From contig NC_091980.1 of the NCBI RefSeq assembly GCF_044704955.1, positions 277,636,001 through 277,700,000 on the forward strand: 64,000 bases of DNA. Direction: 5' to 3'. Below are positions 22,990 through 35,319 of the stretch, one piece after another. Under the pieces are notes generated by a model. It saw nothing but the letters and a program-made list of their open reading frames with translations, was not told the origin of the DNA and searched no databases. The translations under genes and the position numbers were made by a program. This DNA is from Pristiophorus japonicus. Taxonomy: Eukaryota. Numbering within the stretch: position 1 is the stretch's first letter; each line of letters starts with the position of its first letter.

Positions 22990-23722
22990 GTGTACAACCC
23001 ATGCTTTCGGCCTTCAGCCGCCTGAGGAAAAGAGTGTTCGAAGACCAGGCCCTCAAATCTGGCACCAAGCTCATGGTCTACAGGGCTGTAGTAATACCCA
23101 CCCTCCTGTATGGCTCAGAGACATGGACCATGTACAATAGACACCTCAAGTCGCTGGAGAAATAGCACCAACGTTGTCTCCGCAAGATCCTACAAATCCC
23201 CTGGGAGGACACACGCACCAACATTAGCGTCCTCGACCAGGCCAACATCCCCAGCATCGAAGCACTGACCACACTCAGTGAGCTCCGCTGGGCAGGCCAC
23301 ATTGTCGGCATGCCCTACACGAGACTCCCAAAGGAAGCGCTCTACTCGGAACTTCTTCACGGCAAGCGAGGCAAAGATGGGCAGAGGAAACATTGCAGGG
23401 ACTCCCTCAAAGCCTTCCTGATAAAGTGCAACATCACCACCGACATCTGGGAGTCCCTGGCCAAAGACCGCCCTGAATGGAGGAAGTGCATCCGGGAGCA
23501 CCTCGAGTCTCAACGCCGAGAGCATGCAGAAACCAAGCACAGGCAACGGAAGGAGCATGTGGCAAACCAATCCCACCCACTCCTTCCCTCAGTGACTGTC
23601 TGTCCCACCTGTGACAGGGACTGTAATTCCTGCATTGGACTGTTTAGCCACCTAAGGACTCATTTTTAGAGTGGAAGCAAGTCTTCCTCGATTCCGAGGG
23701 ACTGCCTATGATGATGATGATG
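22990..23722 (+). mobile_element. RTE LINE 3' fragment
   Basis: AFSRLRKRVF...TKLMVYRAVVIPTLLYGSETW; (ATG)n tail. Confidence 0.9.
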
Positions 23723-23904
23723 AGGAAGATAACCTTGTCTGTGACTGCTCGGGGCAATAGAGCTCATTCTGAATAGACCATTGCTCCACCTAGGGCCTGA
23801 CTGGTCTGGGGTGTACTGATACCATTGGGCCTCTAGTTATATTTGTTCCTGTTCATTACATCACGTCTACAATTCCGATTCTGAGTATGAGCACATATTC
23901 AACA

Positions 23905-24810
23905 ATGAAAGCAAACTGTGAGGAGGACACACAAAATCTGCAGAGGGATATAGACAGGCTGAGTGAGTGGGCAAAAATCTGGCAGATGGAGTATAATGTG
24001 GGAAAATGTCAGGTTATCCACTTTGGCAGAGAAAACAGAAAAGCAAATTACAATTTAAATGGAGAAAGGTTGCAAAGTGCCGCAGTACAGCGGGACCTGG
24101 GGGTCCTTGTGCAAGAAACACAAAAGGATAGTATGCAGGCACAGCAAATGATCAGGAAGGCCAATGGAATCTTGGCCTTTATTGCAAGGGGGATTGAGTA
24201 TAAAAGCAGAGAAGTCCTGCTACAGCAGTACAGGGTATTGGTGAGGCCACACCTGGAGTACTGCGTGCAGTTTTGGTCTCCATATTTAAGGAAGGATATA
24301 CTTGCTTTGGAGGCAGTTCAGAGAAGGTTCATTCGGTTGATTCCCGAGATAAGGGGGTTGACTTATGAGGATAGGTTGAGCAGGTTGGGCCTCTACTCAT
24401 TGGAACTCAGAAGAATGAGAGGTGATCTTATTGACACGTATAAGACAATGAGAGGGCTCGACAAGGTGGATGCAGAGAGGATGTTTCCACTGATGGGGAA
24501 GACTAGAACTAGGGGGGCATAGTCTCAGAATTAGGGATCGCCCATTTAAAACGGAGATGAGGAGGAATTTCTTCTCTCAGAGGGTTATAAATCTGTGGAA
24601 TTCACTACCTCAGAGAGCTGTGGAGACTGGGTCATTGAATATATTTAAGGCGGAGATAGACAGATTTTTGAGCGATAAAGGAGTGAAGGGTTATGGGGAG
24701 CGGGCGGGGAAGTGGAGCTGAGCCCAAGATCAGATCAGCCGTGTTCGTATTGAATGGCGGAGCAGGTTCGAGGGGCCGAATAGCCGATTCCTGTTCCTAT
24801 TTCTTATATA
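23905..24810 (+). mobile_element. 5'-truncated CR1 LINE
   Basis: ORF 23887-24522 carries CR1 RT C-terminal motifs, followed by the 3' UTR stem-loop. Confidence 0.9.
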
Positions 24811-24964
24811 TTCTGTATCAAGAAGGTATATATTCTGGTTCTGGTAATATTGCAATACTAGATTCCGATACATATATGCAAATATCTCTCAATAATCTGT
24901 GAATTAAAACAAGGCTGGTACATATTCTGTTCTGTATATAGGTACATTAGTGTATATAGGTATA

Positions 24965-25540
24965 TAAAAACAGAGAATGCTGGAAATCTCAGCGGGTCAG
25001 GCAGCATCTGTGGAGAGAAAAACAGAGTTAACGTTTCGGATCAATGACCCTTGGTCAGAACTGGCGAATGTTCAGGAAGAACGGATTCTTAAGGAGCACT
25101 GAAAGGGGAGAGCAGAGTACAGGACAAAAGGGAAGGTCAGTGATGGGGTGGAAGGCAGGAGAGATTTGAGAGACAAAGGGAATGATGGGCCGAATTGAAA
25201 CAGTAATGATCGAGGTTAGGAAACAAAAGATGCATCTACATAGGGTGTGAATGGCTCAGTAACTACCAGCTGCCATGATAGACAAAGAGGAAATAAACAT
25301 AAGCCCGGGGTGGTGGGAGAAGGGGGGGGGGTGTGGAAGGGAGTCAAAGATGGGCAGAGGTTAAGCTCTGAAATTGTTGAACTCTGAGTCCTGAAGGCTG
25401 CAAAGTGCCACAGCGAAAGATGCGGTGCCGTTCCTAGAGCTTGCATTGAGCTACGTTGCACCAGTACAGGAGGCTGAGAACGGAGCGGTCAGAGTGGGAG
25501 TGGGTAATTAAAGCGACAGGCCGACCGGAAACTCGGGGTT
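24965..25540 (-). mobile_element. Penelope-like element terminal fragment with a degenerate hammerhead motif
   Basis: The - strand reads TTCTGACCAAGGGTCATTGATCCGAAACGTTAACTCTG...CAGATGCTGCCTGACCCGCTGAG, resembling elasmobranch PLE termini. Confidence 0.65.
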
Positions 25541-25676
25541 ACGGTCCGTAAGTATCTTGCCTTTCCTCCCTTATTGTCGATTCTCTTTGGGAGGCCTTAT
25601 ATTTTTACCCTACGTTTATTTGGTTGGGCCTGGGTTTGCACGCCCCGTGATTAATCCTGGATCCACCTCGTGCAAC

Positions 25677-26192
25677 TCATCATCCTCATCATCGGAGGTC
25701 CCTCGGAATCGAGGAAGATTTGCTTCCACTCTAAAAGTGAGTCCTTAGGTGGCTGAACAATCCAATATGGGAACCACAGTCCTGTCACAGGTGGGACAGA
25801 TAGTCGTTGAGGGAAAAGATGGGTGGGGAGTCTGGTTTGCCGCACACTCCTTCCGCTGTCTGCGCTTGATTTCTGCATGATCTCGGCAACGAGACTCAAG
25901 GTGCTCAGCGCCCTCCCGGATGCACTTCCTCCACTTAGGGCGGTCTTTGGCCAGGTGTCAGTGGGGATGTTGCCCTTTATCAGGGAGACTTTGAGGGTGG
26001 TCCTTGAAACGTTTCCACTGCCCACCTTTTGCTCGTTTGCCGTGTAGGAGTTCCGAGTAGAGTGCTTGCTTTGGGAGTCTCGTGTCTGGCATGCAGATAA
26101 TGTGGCCCGCATCGAGTGTGGTCAATGTTTCAATGCTGAGGATGTTGGCCTGGTCGAGGACGCTAATGTTGGTGCATCGTCCTCCCAGGGGA
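25677..26192 (-). mobile_element. RTE LINE 3' fragment
   Basis: VLDQANILSIETL...MPDTRLPKQALYSELL. Confidence 0.85.
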
Positions 26193-26298
26193 TCGCAATC
26201 TTCCACTCAGTTGTAACCAACATGGTGACCAGAACATGGCATTGGTGTCTGGGAACTTTAACCCCGACTCAAACATTTTCCAACTGACCTTCTCACAG

Positions 26299-26337
26299 CA
26301 ACCGAACACATTGAAATACCGTGGATTAACCCCGTAA
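26299..26337 (+). other. Candidate terminal cytoplasmic exon of WA
   Basis: Good branch point and acceptor CTGACCTTCTCACAG in non-repeat sequence downstream of the TM exon; reads RNRTH* in phase 2 or QPNTLKYRGLTP* in phase 0. Confidence 0.35.
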
Positions 26338-26427
26338 TCTGGGACACAAATCCAGTGTCGAATGGACACCGGGCCACAACAAAACACAGGTCGACAATTC
26401 AAAACCAACTGGCACTGTATTTAATGG

Positions 26428-27160
26428 AAGTGTTTGATGGGACAGTGTAGAGGGAGCTTTACTCTGTATCTAACCCTGTGTTGTACCTGCCCTGGGAGTG
26501 TTTGATGGGACAATATAGAGGGAGCTTTACTCTGCATCTAACTTGTGCTGTACCTGCCCTAGGAGTGTTTGATGGGGACAGTGTAGAAGGAGCTTTACTC
26601 TGTATCTAACCCAGTGCTGTACCTGCCCTGGGAGTGTTTGATGGTACAGTGTAGAGGGAGCTTTACTCTGTATCTAACCCCATGCTGTTCCTGCCCTGGG
26701 AGTGTTTGATGGGATGGTGAAGAGGGAGCTTTACTCTTTATCTAATCCCGTGCTGTACCTGCCCTGGGTGTGTTTGATGGGACAGTGTAGAGGGAGCTTT
26801 ACTCTTTATCTAACCCCGTGCTGTACTTGTCCTGGGGAGTGTTTGATGGGACGGTGTAGAGGGAGCTTTACTCTGTATCTAAACCATGCTGTACCTGCCC
26901 TGGGAGTGTTTGATGGGACAGTGTAGAGGGAGCTTTACTCTGTATGTAACCCCGTGCTGTACCTGCCCTGGGAGTGTTTGATGGGGAGAGTGTAGAGGCA
27001 GCTTTACTCTGTATCTAACCCCATGCTGTACCTGCCCTCGGAGTTTGATGGGGACGGTGTAGAGGGAGCTTTACTCTGTCTCTAACCCGTGCTGTACCTG
27101 CCCTTGGAGTGTTTGATGGGACGGTGCCAAGGGAGTTTTACTCTGACTCCAAACCCTGGA
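26428..27160. repeat. ~68-bp minisatellite, same family as 3950-6353
   Basis: About 10 tandem units. Confidence 0.9.
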
Positions 27161-27283
27161 TGCTAACACCGAGTGTGAGAATATTCTGTCCATCAGCACC
27201 GTATACGACAAATACCGACCATGTTTAAACTACCTTGACTGGAGTTCCATTGTGTAGATTTGCTATATGGTAAATACTTGTCC

Positions 27284-30200
27284 TGTTATGTATGTAAACA
27301 TTACCTATGTGTAAGACTTGCCACCAGAGGACGCACCGTGGGAGAAGCAGGTATAAAAGGCAGACTACCATGCTGCCTCCTCACTCTGAAGTTACAATAA
27401 AGAGACCAAGGTCACAACAGTTTGACCTTAAGATATACAGGCCCCAAGTTTCCACATGATTTGCTCCTGATTTTTAGGAGCAACTGGTGTTGAACGGAGT
27501 ATCTTAGAAATCGGAATTCTCCACATTTAGTTTTCTGCAGTTCTAGTCAGGTAGAACAGTTTCACTTTGGAACTGAATTTTTTTTTCAAAAGGGGGCGTG
27601 TCCGGCCACTGACACCTGATTTGAAAGTTTCCACAGTGAAAACGTACTCCAAACTAACTTAGAATGGAGCAAGTGAAGATTTTTTGTACGCTTGAAAAAA
27701 CCTTGTCTATACTTTAAAAAATCAGGCGCAGGTTACAAATTAGGCGTCGGGAACGAGGTGGGGGGGGAGAGGGGGGAAGGGAAGTCATTAAATTCTACAA
27801 TCAGTCCTTAGTTATACTTATACAAATAAATCCAACCTGAATAAAAATTTATAAGCAAAGAAAAGATTAAATAAACCATGTTCCTACCTGTGTGAAAGTG
27901 CTTCAGGCAGGCCTTTCAGGCAGCGGTGTGGCGTCGGTCTCGACGGCAGGGGCAGGCAGCAAGCAGCCTTGGTGCTTGAGGCAGGCCTTCATTCCCCGCG
28001 AAGATGCAGCACCCGGACGGACTTGAGGCCATTCGGCCATGGGATTGCAGCGGCGTCAGTGGCTGGTCGGGAGCAGCAGCAGCCTTTGAGCTGTGAGGGG
28101 GACTGACTGAGGCCATTTGGACAGGGAGAGGCAGCCACATCAACATCTTCATATTTAAATTTGCAGAATGGGTGCACCACATATTATGCAATGGTTTGCT
28201 TCCTCATGCAAGAAATTCTTTGTTCTTGGTGGAAGTTGATCCATTGCAAAGTTGAATTGGCACTTTTATTTCTCCAAACACACAGTCCGTAATTTGCAGG
28301 CACCGGTTCTGCAAGTTTAGCAGTGAAAAGCTGAACTCACTGATTTCAGCAGGTGATTTATTCAGCAGTGCTGCTAAAAGCACTCCCTCACACACAGAAA
28401 TATCAAGAAAATTAAAATGCAAGCCTTTGCAGGGGTCCAAGAAACAAATCTTCACTTTTTCTGCAGCACTTTTAAAAATGGCCGAGTGCCAATGTTTACT
28501 TCAGACTGCGCGTGCGCGAACGCTCCAACGCGCACGCGCAGGGTTGCCGGCACCAAGAAGCCTCACTTAAATTGTACCCGCCCCCTCCTACTTACAAAAT
28601 CGGCGCGAGTGGTAGGCTCCGCCCCCTGTGCGCCGCGCCAAGCAGACATCGAGCTCCAAGGAGCTCGAGAATAGCGCGTTGTTTTTCAGGCGCCGTTTTC
28701 GGCGCGAAAAACAGGCGCCCAGCTCTGAGGGGCGCCTTTTTCGCCGCGTGTGGAAACTTGGGGCCACAGTCTTGTGGAGTTATTCTCAATGTAACACTTG
28801 TCGACAAGTAACAGATCACGAACTTTCATACAGTTATGGCTGCCGTTGGTATTCCTGAGAGATTTGTTGAGGGTGATGATTGGGAAGCCTTCATTGAGCG
28901 TCTTGATCAGTACTTCATGGCCAACGAGCTGGAAAAGGCAGAAACCGCGTTCAAGCGCAGGGCGATTCTCCTCACCGTTTGCGGGTCCACGATATATGGC
29001 CGCATCAAAAATCTGCTAGCACCGACGAAACCAACGAACAAGACATATAAAAAGTTGTGCACGCTGGTTCGGGAACACCTCAAGCCGAAGGAGAGCATCT
29101 TGATGGCCAGGTATCGCTTTTATATGCACCACCGCTTCGAAGGCCAGGACATGGCAAGCTCGGTCGCTGATCTAAGATGCCTTGCGAGATCGTACGTATT
29201 TGCTGGATTTTTGGGGGGAAGTGTTGCAGGACTTTTTCATGCTTGGAATCGGCCACGAGGTCATTCTTCGCAAACTGCTGTCTGCCGAATCCCTAGATCT
29301 GAGCAAGACTATCACGATAGCCAAGGCTTTTATGTCCACGAACAATAACACCAAACAGATATCATTGCAGCATCGGAACTGACCAGCAAGTATTGTGCAT
29401 AAAATAACATCTTCAGCAGGCAGAACTGTACACGCCCGCAGAGGACAGACCGAGGATGACTCAGAGCCCGCCGTGGGGCGTGAGTACGTATCCATTAACA
29501 TCGTGTTGGCATTGCGGGGGCAGTCATAGAGTCCATCAATGTGAATTCAGGCACTACATATGCAAGGGCTGTGGAACAATGGGGCACCTCCAGCGAATGT
29601 GCAGACGTGCTGCGACTCACCACGTGGCAGAGTCGGCAGAAGATGACAGATCTGGCACGGATCACGCCGAACGAGTAAGAGAGGCAACTCAACCTGAGGC
29701 TGAAGAGGAAGTGTATGGGGTAAACACCTTCACCACCAAAAGCCCTCCGATAATGTTAAAAGTCAAATTAAACGCCATTCCAGTTTCCATAGAATTGGAC
29801 ACGGGGGTGAATCAGTCAATTATGAGCCAGAAGGCTTTTGAGAAACTGTCGGGCAACAAGGCACAAAGGCCAAAACTAAGTCCGATCCACACCAAGCTGC
29901 GCACTTACACCAACGAGCTCATACCAGTCATTGACAGTGCAGCAGTGAAGATATCGTACAATGGAGCTGTGCATGAGTTATCACTATGGATTGTACCAGG
30001 TGATGGCCCAATGCCGTTCGGCAGTAGCTGGCTAGGAAACATCCGATGGAACTGGGACAACATCAAAGCACTGTCTTCGGAGGATGACACCTCGTGCGCC
30101 CAAGTGCTAAACAAATTCCCGTCGTTATTCGAGCCAGGCATCGGCAACTTCACAGGTGCCAAAGTGCGGATCCATCTAGTCCCCGATGCATGACCGGTTC

Positions 30201-33093
30201 ATCACAAGGCCCGAGCGGTTCCATACATGATGCGAGAGAAAGTCGAGATCAAGCTGGACAGCCTTCAAAGAGAGGGGATTATATCGCCAGTCGAATTCAA
30301 CGAGTGGGCCAGTCCAATTGTTCCAGTGTTGAAGAGCGATGGGACGGTCAGAATCTGTGGGGACTACAAGGTAATGATCAGTCAAGTCTCGTTACAGGAC
30401 CAGTACCCACTACCCAAAGCGGATGACCTGTTTGCAACGCTAGCAGGGGGGAAGTCGTTCACCAAGCTGGATCTAACCTCTGCTTACATGATACAGAAGC
30501 TGGCTGAACCTTTGAAAAACTTGACATGCATCAACACGCACAGAGGAGCGTTCATATACCACAGATACCCCTTTGGGATTCAATCGATGGCGGCCATCTT
30601 CCAGAGGAACATGGGGAGTCTGCTGAAATCAGTTCCGCGCACCGTGGTGTTCCAAGACGACATCTTGATCACTGGCCGCAACACCACCGAACACTTGCAC
30701 AACCTGGAAGAGGTTCTCAAGTGACTGGACAGAATGGGACTCAGGTTGAAACACTCCAAGTGTGTTTTCCTGGCGCCAGAGGTTGAATTTCTGGGGAAAA
30801 AGATTGCGGCAGACGGCATCAGACCACGACTCCAAGACGGAGGCCATCAAGAATGCACCCAGACCACACAATGTGATGGAGCTGCGTTCATTCCTGGGAC
30901 TCCTCAATTATTTTGGTAACTTTCTATTGGGGTTGAGCACTTTGCTGGAACCATTGCATTTATTGCTACGCAAAGGTGACGACTGGGTTTGGGGTAAATC
31001 TCAAGAGACAGCCTTTAACAAGGCCAGAAACCTGCTATGTTCCAACAAGTTACTTGTATTGTATGACCCTTGTAAAAGTTTAGTACTAGCTTCTGATGCA
31101 TCTTTGTACAGGGTCAATTGTGTGTTACAGCAAGCCAATGTGTCAAGCAAACTGCAACCAACCAGTTGCACATGCATCCAGAAGTTTATCTAAAGCTGAA
31201 AGAACCTACAGTATGGTTGAAAAAGAAGCAGGAGCATGGGGTTAAGAAAATGCACCAATACCTATTTGGGCTCCGGTTCGAGCTCGAGACCGACCACAAG
31301 CCGCTCATTTCGTTGTTCTCAGAAAGTAAAGGTATTAACACTAATGCTTCATTCCGCATCCAAAGATTGGCATTAACGTTATTTGCGTCTGATTATGTAA
31401 TCCGCCACAGACCAGGAACTGTGCGGATGCCCTCAGTCGGTACCATTGCCCACCACCGGGGTGGAAATGGCGCAACGCACAGACTTGCTCCTTGTAATGG
31501 ATGCTTTTGAGAGCAAGGGGTCACCCATCACGGCTCGCCAGATCAGGACCTGGACTAGCCAGGACCCCGTGCTATCACCAGTAAAAAGCCGTGTCCTCAA
31601 TGGGAGCTGGTCGGCGGGCCCAGGGGAAATGCAAGACGAAATTAAGCCGTTCCACCAATGCAAGGCCGAAATGTCCATCCATTCGGACTGCCTCCTATGG
31701 GGGAATCGTGTAATTTTGCCAAAAAAACGGCAGGGAAACGTTTATACGCAACCTTCACAGTACCCACTCAGGCATAGTCATGATGAAGGCTATCGCCAGG
31801 TCGCACGTTTGGTGGCCCGGCATTGACTCGGATTTGGAGTCACGCATACACAAATGTAGCACTTGATCACAGTTGAGCAATGCACCAAGGGAGGCCACAC
31901 TGAGTCTGTGGTCATGGCCCTCCAAACCGTGCTCGAGAGTCCACGTAGATTTCGCTGTCCCCTTTCTAGGAAAGATGTTCCTAGTAGCAGTGGATCCTTA
32001 CTCTAAATGGATTGAATGTATAATAATGTCATCATGTATGTCCACTGCCACCATTGAAAGCTTCCGGGCTATGTTTGCCACCCATGTTAGTGACAATGGA
32101 CCATGCTTCACCAGCTCGGAATTCAACGAGTTCATGACATGCAATGGCATCAAGCATGCCAGGTCTGCCCCGTTTAAGCCCACATCCAATGGCCAAGTGG
32201 AATGGGCAGTCCAAACCATCAAGCAGAGCTTGAAACGTGCGACGGACGGTTCCCTGCAGACCCGACTATCTCGGATTCTGCTCAGCTACCGGACACGACC
32301 CCACTCGCTGACCGGGGATCCCCCTGCAGAATTGCTAATGATGAGAGCACTCAAAACCAGGCTCTCCTTAGTCCACCCGGATCTCAATGATCATGTAGAA
32401 GCCTGGCGTCACCGGCATAACATGTACCACGATCGCGCGGCTGTACCACTTGACATTGAGGTTAATGACCCTGTATTTGTTCTTAATTACAGTCATGGTC
32501 CCAAATGGGTTGCTGGCACTGTGTTAGCCAAGGAGGGGAATAGAGCGTTTGTTGACAAACTTTTGAATGGACAAATGTGCAGAAAGCACTTGGATCAGAC
32601 CAAACTGCGTTTCACTGACAACCAAGAACAGTTTGAAGAGGACATTACCATCAGTGATCCACCCACACACACCCAACCAGCAATTGACCTCGCGATCAAC
32701 CACAAGGATGAACCCACCATGCCCGACAGTCCGATCAGACCAGCCACACCACAGTGCAGCAATGATCCGACCGACTCACCTGTGCCAGGACTTCAACTCA
32801 GGCAATCAACCCGGGAATACAGAGCCCCAGATCGCCTCAATCTATAAATAACTTGTACATAAGACTTTGGGGGAGAATGATGTTATGTATGTAAATATTA
32901 CCAATGTGTAAGACTTGCCACTAGGGGGCACACCTGTGGCAGACCCAAGGGTCACCTGTGCACCCTGGGGCAAGCAGGTATAAAAGGCAGACTACCATGC
33001 TGCCTCCTACTCTGGAGTTACAATAACGAGAGCAAGGTCACAACAGTTTGAGCTTAAGATATACAGTCTTGTGGAGTTATTCTGAACATAACA
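27284..33093 (+). mobile_element. Full-length, decayed Gypsy LTR retrotransposon; 5' LTR (27284-28796) interrupted by a DNA transposon, 3' LTR 32881-33093
   Basis: TSD TGTCC, TGTTAT...TAACA LTRs, gag (CWHCGGSH), PR (LDTG), RT (FQDD), RNase H and integrase, all fragmented. Confidence 0.95.
27440..28765. mobile_element. Non-autonomous PIF/Harbinger-type DNA transposon
   Basis: Perfect 17-bp TIR GGCCCCAAGTTTCCACA and 3-bp TSD ACA, confirmed against the uninterrupted 3' LTR. Confidence 0.88.
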
Positions 33094-33449
33094 TGTCCTG
33101 TCTGCTTTTTCTCGAGATAGGGCATAAGTTAGAGCAGAGACCATCCATTCTTCACTGGCAGGAAGATTATGGGTCGTTGTGTCCAACAGAAACATTAATT
33201 GGAGATTCATCGTTTGCTCGTGGGGTGATTTTAGCCTGTAAACAATATTCTTAAGAGGGACTGGGGGTAATCTTCTGTCTACACTCTCAATCAATAAACA
33301 CAATTGCACCAAGCTTGTCAATTCTCCGTCGATGATTCTTGCCGGGGGAAATCTGATTGATAACTGGTGCTGGACATCAACAACAACTAGTATTTATATA
33401 GCGCCTTTAATATAGTGAAACGTCCCAAGGCGCTTCACAGGAGTATTCG

Positions 33450-34930
33450 AGAGGGGCTGAACGGAGTCGTACTGTTCCTAATGTAACAGGCTCGAGGGGT
33501 TGAACGGCCTCCTGTTCCTAATGTAACATGCTCGAGGGGCTGAACAGCCTCCACCTGTTCCTAATGTAACAGGCTCCAGGGACTGAATGGCCTCCTCCTG
33601 TTCCTAATGGAACAGCTCGAGGGGTTGAACGGCCTCCTGTTCCTAATGTAACAGGCTCTAGGGACTGAGCGGCCTCCTCCTGTTCCTAATGTAACAGGCT
33701 CAAGAGGCTGAACGGGTTCCTGTTCCTAATGTAACAGGCTCGAGGGACTGAATGGCCTCCTCCTGGTCCAAATGTAACAAGCTCGAGCGGCTGAACAGCC
33801 TCCTTCTGTTACTAATGTAACAGGCTCGAGGGGCTGGACAGCCTCCTCCTGTTCTAATGTAACAGGCTCAAGGGGCTGGATGGCCTCCTGCTGTTCCTAA
33901 TGTAACAGGCTCAAGGGGCTGAACGGCCTCCTCCTGTTCCTAATGTAACAGGCTCGAGGGATTGAATGGCTTCCTCCTGGTCCAAATGTAACAAGCTCGA
34001 GGGGCTGAACAGCCTCCTTCTGTTCCTAATGTAACAGACTCGAGGGGGCTGAACGGCCTCCTCCTGTTCCTAATGTAACAGACTCGAGGGGGCTGAACGG
34101 CCTCCTCCTGTTCCTAATGTAACAGGCTCGAGGGGCTGAACGGCCTTGTTCCTAATGTAACAGGCTCGAGGGGCTGAACAGCCTCCTTCTGTTCCTAATG
34201 TAACAGACTCGAGGGGGCTGAACGGCCTCCTCCTGTTCCTAATGTAACAGGCTCGAGGGGGCTGAACGGCCTCCTCCTGTTCCTAATGTAACAGACTCGA
34301 GGGGGCTGAACGGCCTCCTCCTGTTCCTAATGTAACAGGCTTGAGAGGCAGAATGGCCTTCTCCTGTTCCTAATGTAACAGGCTCGAGGGGCTGAACGGC
34401 CTTGTTCCTAATGTAACAGGCTCGAGGGGCTGAACAGCCTCCTTCTGTTCCTAATGTAACAGACTCGAGGGGGCTGAACGGCCTCCTCCTGTTCCTAATG
34501 TAACAGGCTTGAGAGGCAGAATGGCCTTCTCCTGTTCCTAATGTAACAGGCTCAAGGGAGCTGAATGGCCTCCTCCTGTTCCTAATGTAACAGACTCGAG
34601 AGGCAGAATGGCCTCCTCCTGTTCCTAATGTAACAGGCTTGAGGGGCAGAACGGCCTCCTCCTGTTTCTAATATTTCAGGCTCGAAGGGCTGAACGGCCT
34701 CCTCCTGTTCCTAATATAACAGGCTCGAGGGGCTGAACGGCCTCCTCCTGTTCCAAATGTAACAGGCTCGAGGGGCTGAACGGCCTCCTCCTCTTCCTAA
34801 TATAACAAGCTCAAGGGGCTGAATGGCCTCCTCCTGTTCCTAATGTAACAGGCTCAAGGGAGCTGAATGGCTTCCTCCTGTTCCTAATGTAACAGGCTCA
34901 AGGGGGTGAATGGCCCCCTCCTGCTCCTAA
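33450..34930. repeat. ~43-bp minisatellite (CTGTTCCTAATGTAACAGGCTCGAGGGGCTGAACGGCCTCCTC), ~35 copies, derived from the CR1 3'-terminal stem-loop
   Basis: The unit matches CR1 ends in this window, e.g. CAGGCTCGAGGGGCCGTGTGGCCTACTCCTGTTCCTA at ~14012-14048. Confidence 0.9.
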
Positions 34931-34977
34931 TTGTGCGGGCATTGATCGGGGATACGGTTTGCGAATGCCGCCCTTAC

Positions 34978-35206
34978 CCGAGGAGCTGCTGGAATTGGAG
35001 GTGTTGGATTTGCTGCTCCGCACACTGGCCTGGCAGGGATTCGATCCGCACGGTCTCACACGCTTCCTGAACTTGGCTGCAGTGAGAAGGTTCGGCAAAC
35101 TGTTAACCCTCTCCGCCCCAAAAATATTTCCCTCAGGCCCCAAAATGATTCAGAGTTAAAGGACTGTGCATCTCAACCGTCGACTGGATCTTGAAGCGTT
35201 TGCAAC
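34978..35206 (-). pseudogene. Putative cytoplasmic-tail exons of a second WB copy (35177-35206 and 34978-35076)
   Basis: Acceptors TTTCTCATTACAG and TTCTCACTGCAG; 30- and 99-nt phase 1-1 exons reading RCKRFKIQST and AKFRKRVRPCGSNPCQASVRSSKSNTSNSSSSS. The second donor is GTAAGG; the first reads TTGAGA. They sit beside a paralog of the sequence downstream of the WB TM exon. Confidence 0.5.
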
Positions 35207-35319
35207 CTGTAATGAGAAAGGGAGCGGTGAGCAGTTTGACATCAATCCTTGGAAGGGATGTCCTTCCGAATGCACCCTCCCTCTCACTGTTTTATTTCCC
35301 CTGGCTTTTAATCTCTCCT

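Noticed and set aside
33450-34930. CRISPR-like regular array
   Set aside because: Units are contiguous with no unique spacers, there are no cas genes, the context is eukaryotic and the unit derives from the CR1 3' end.
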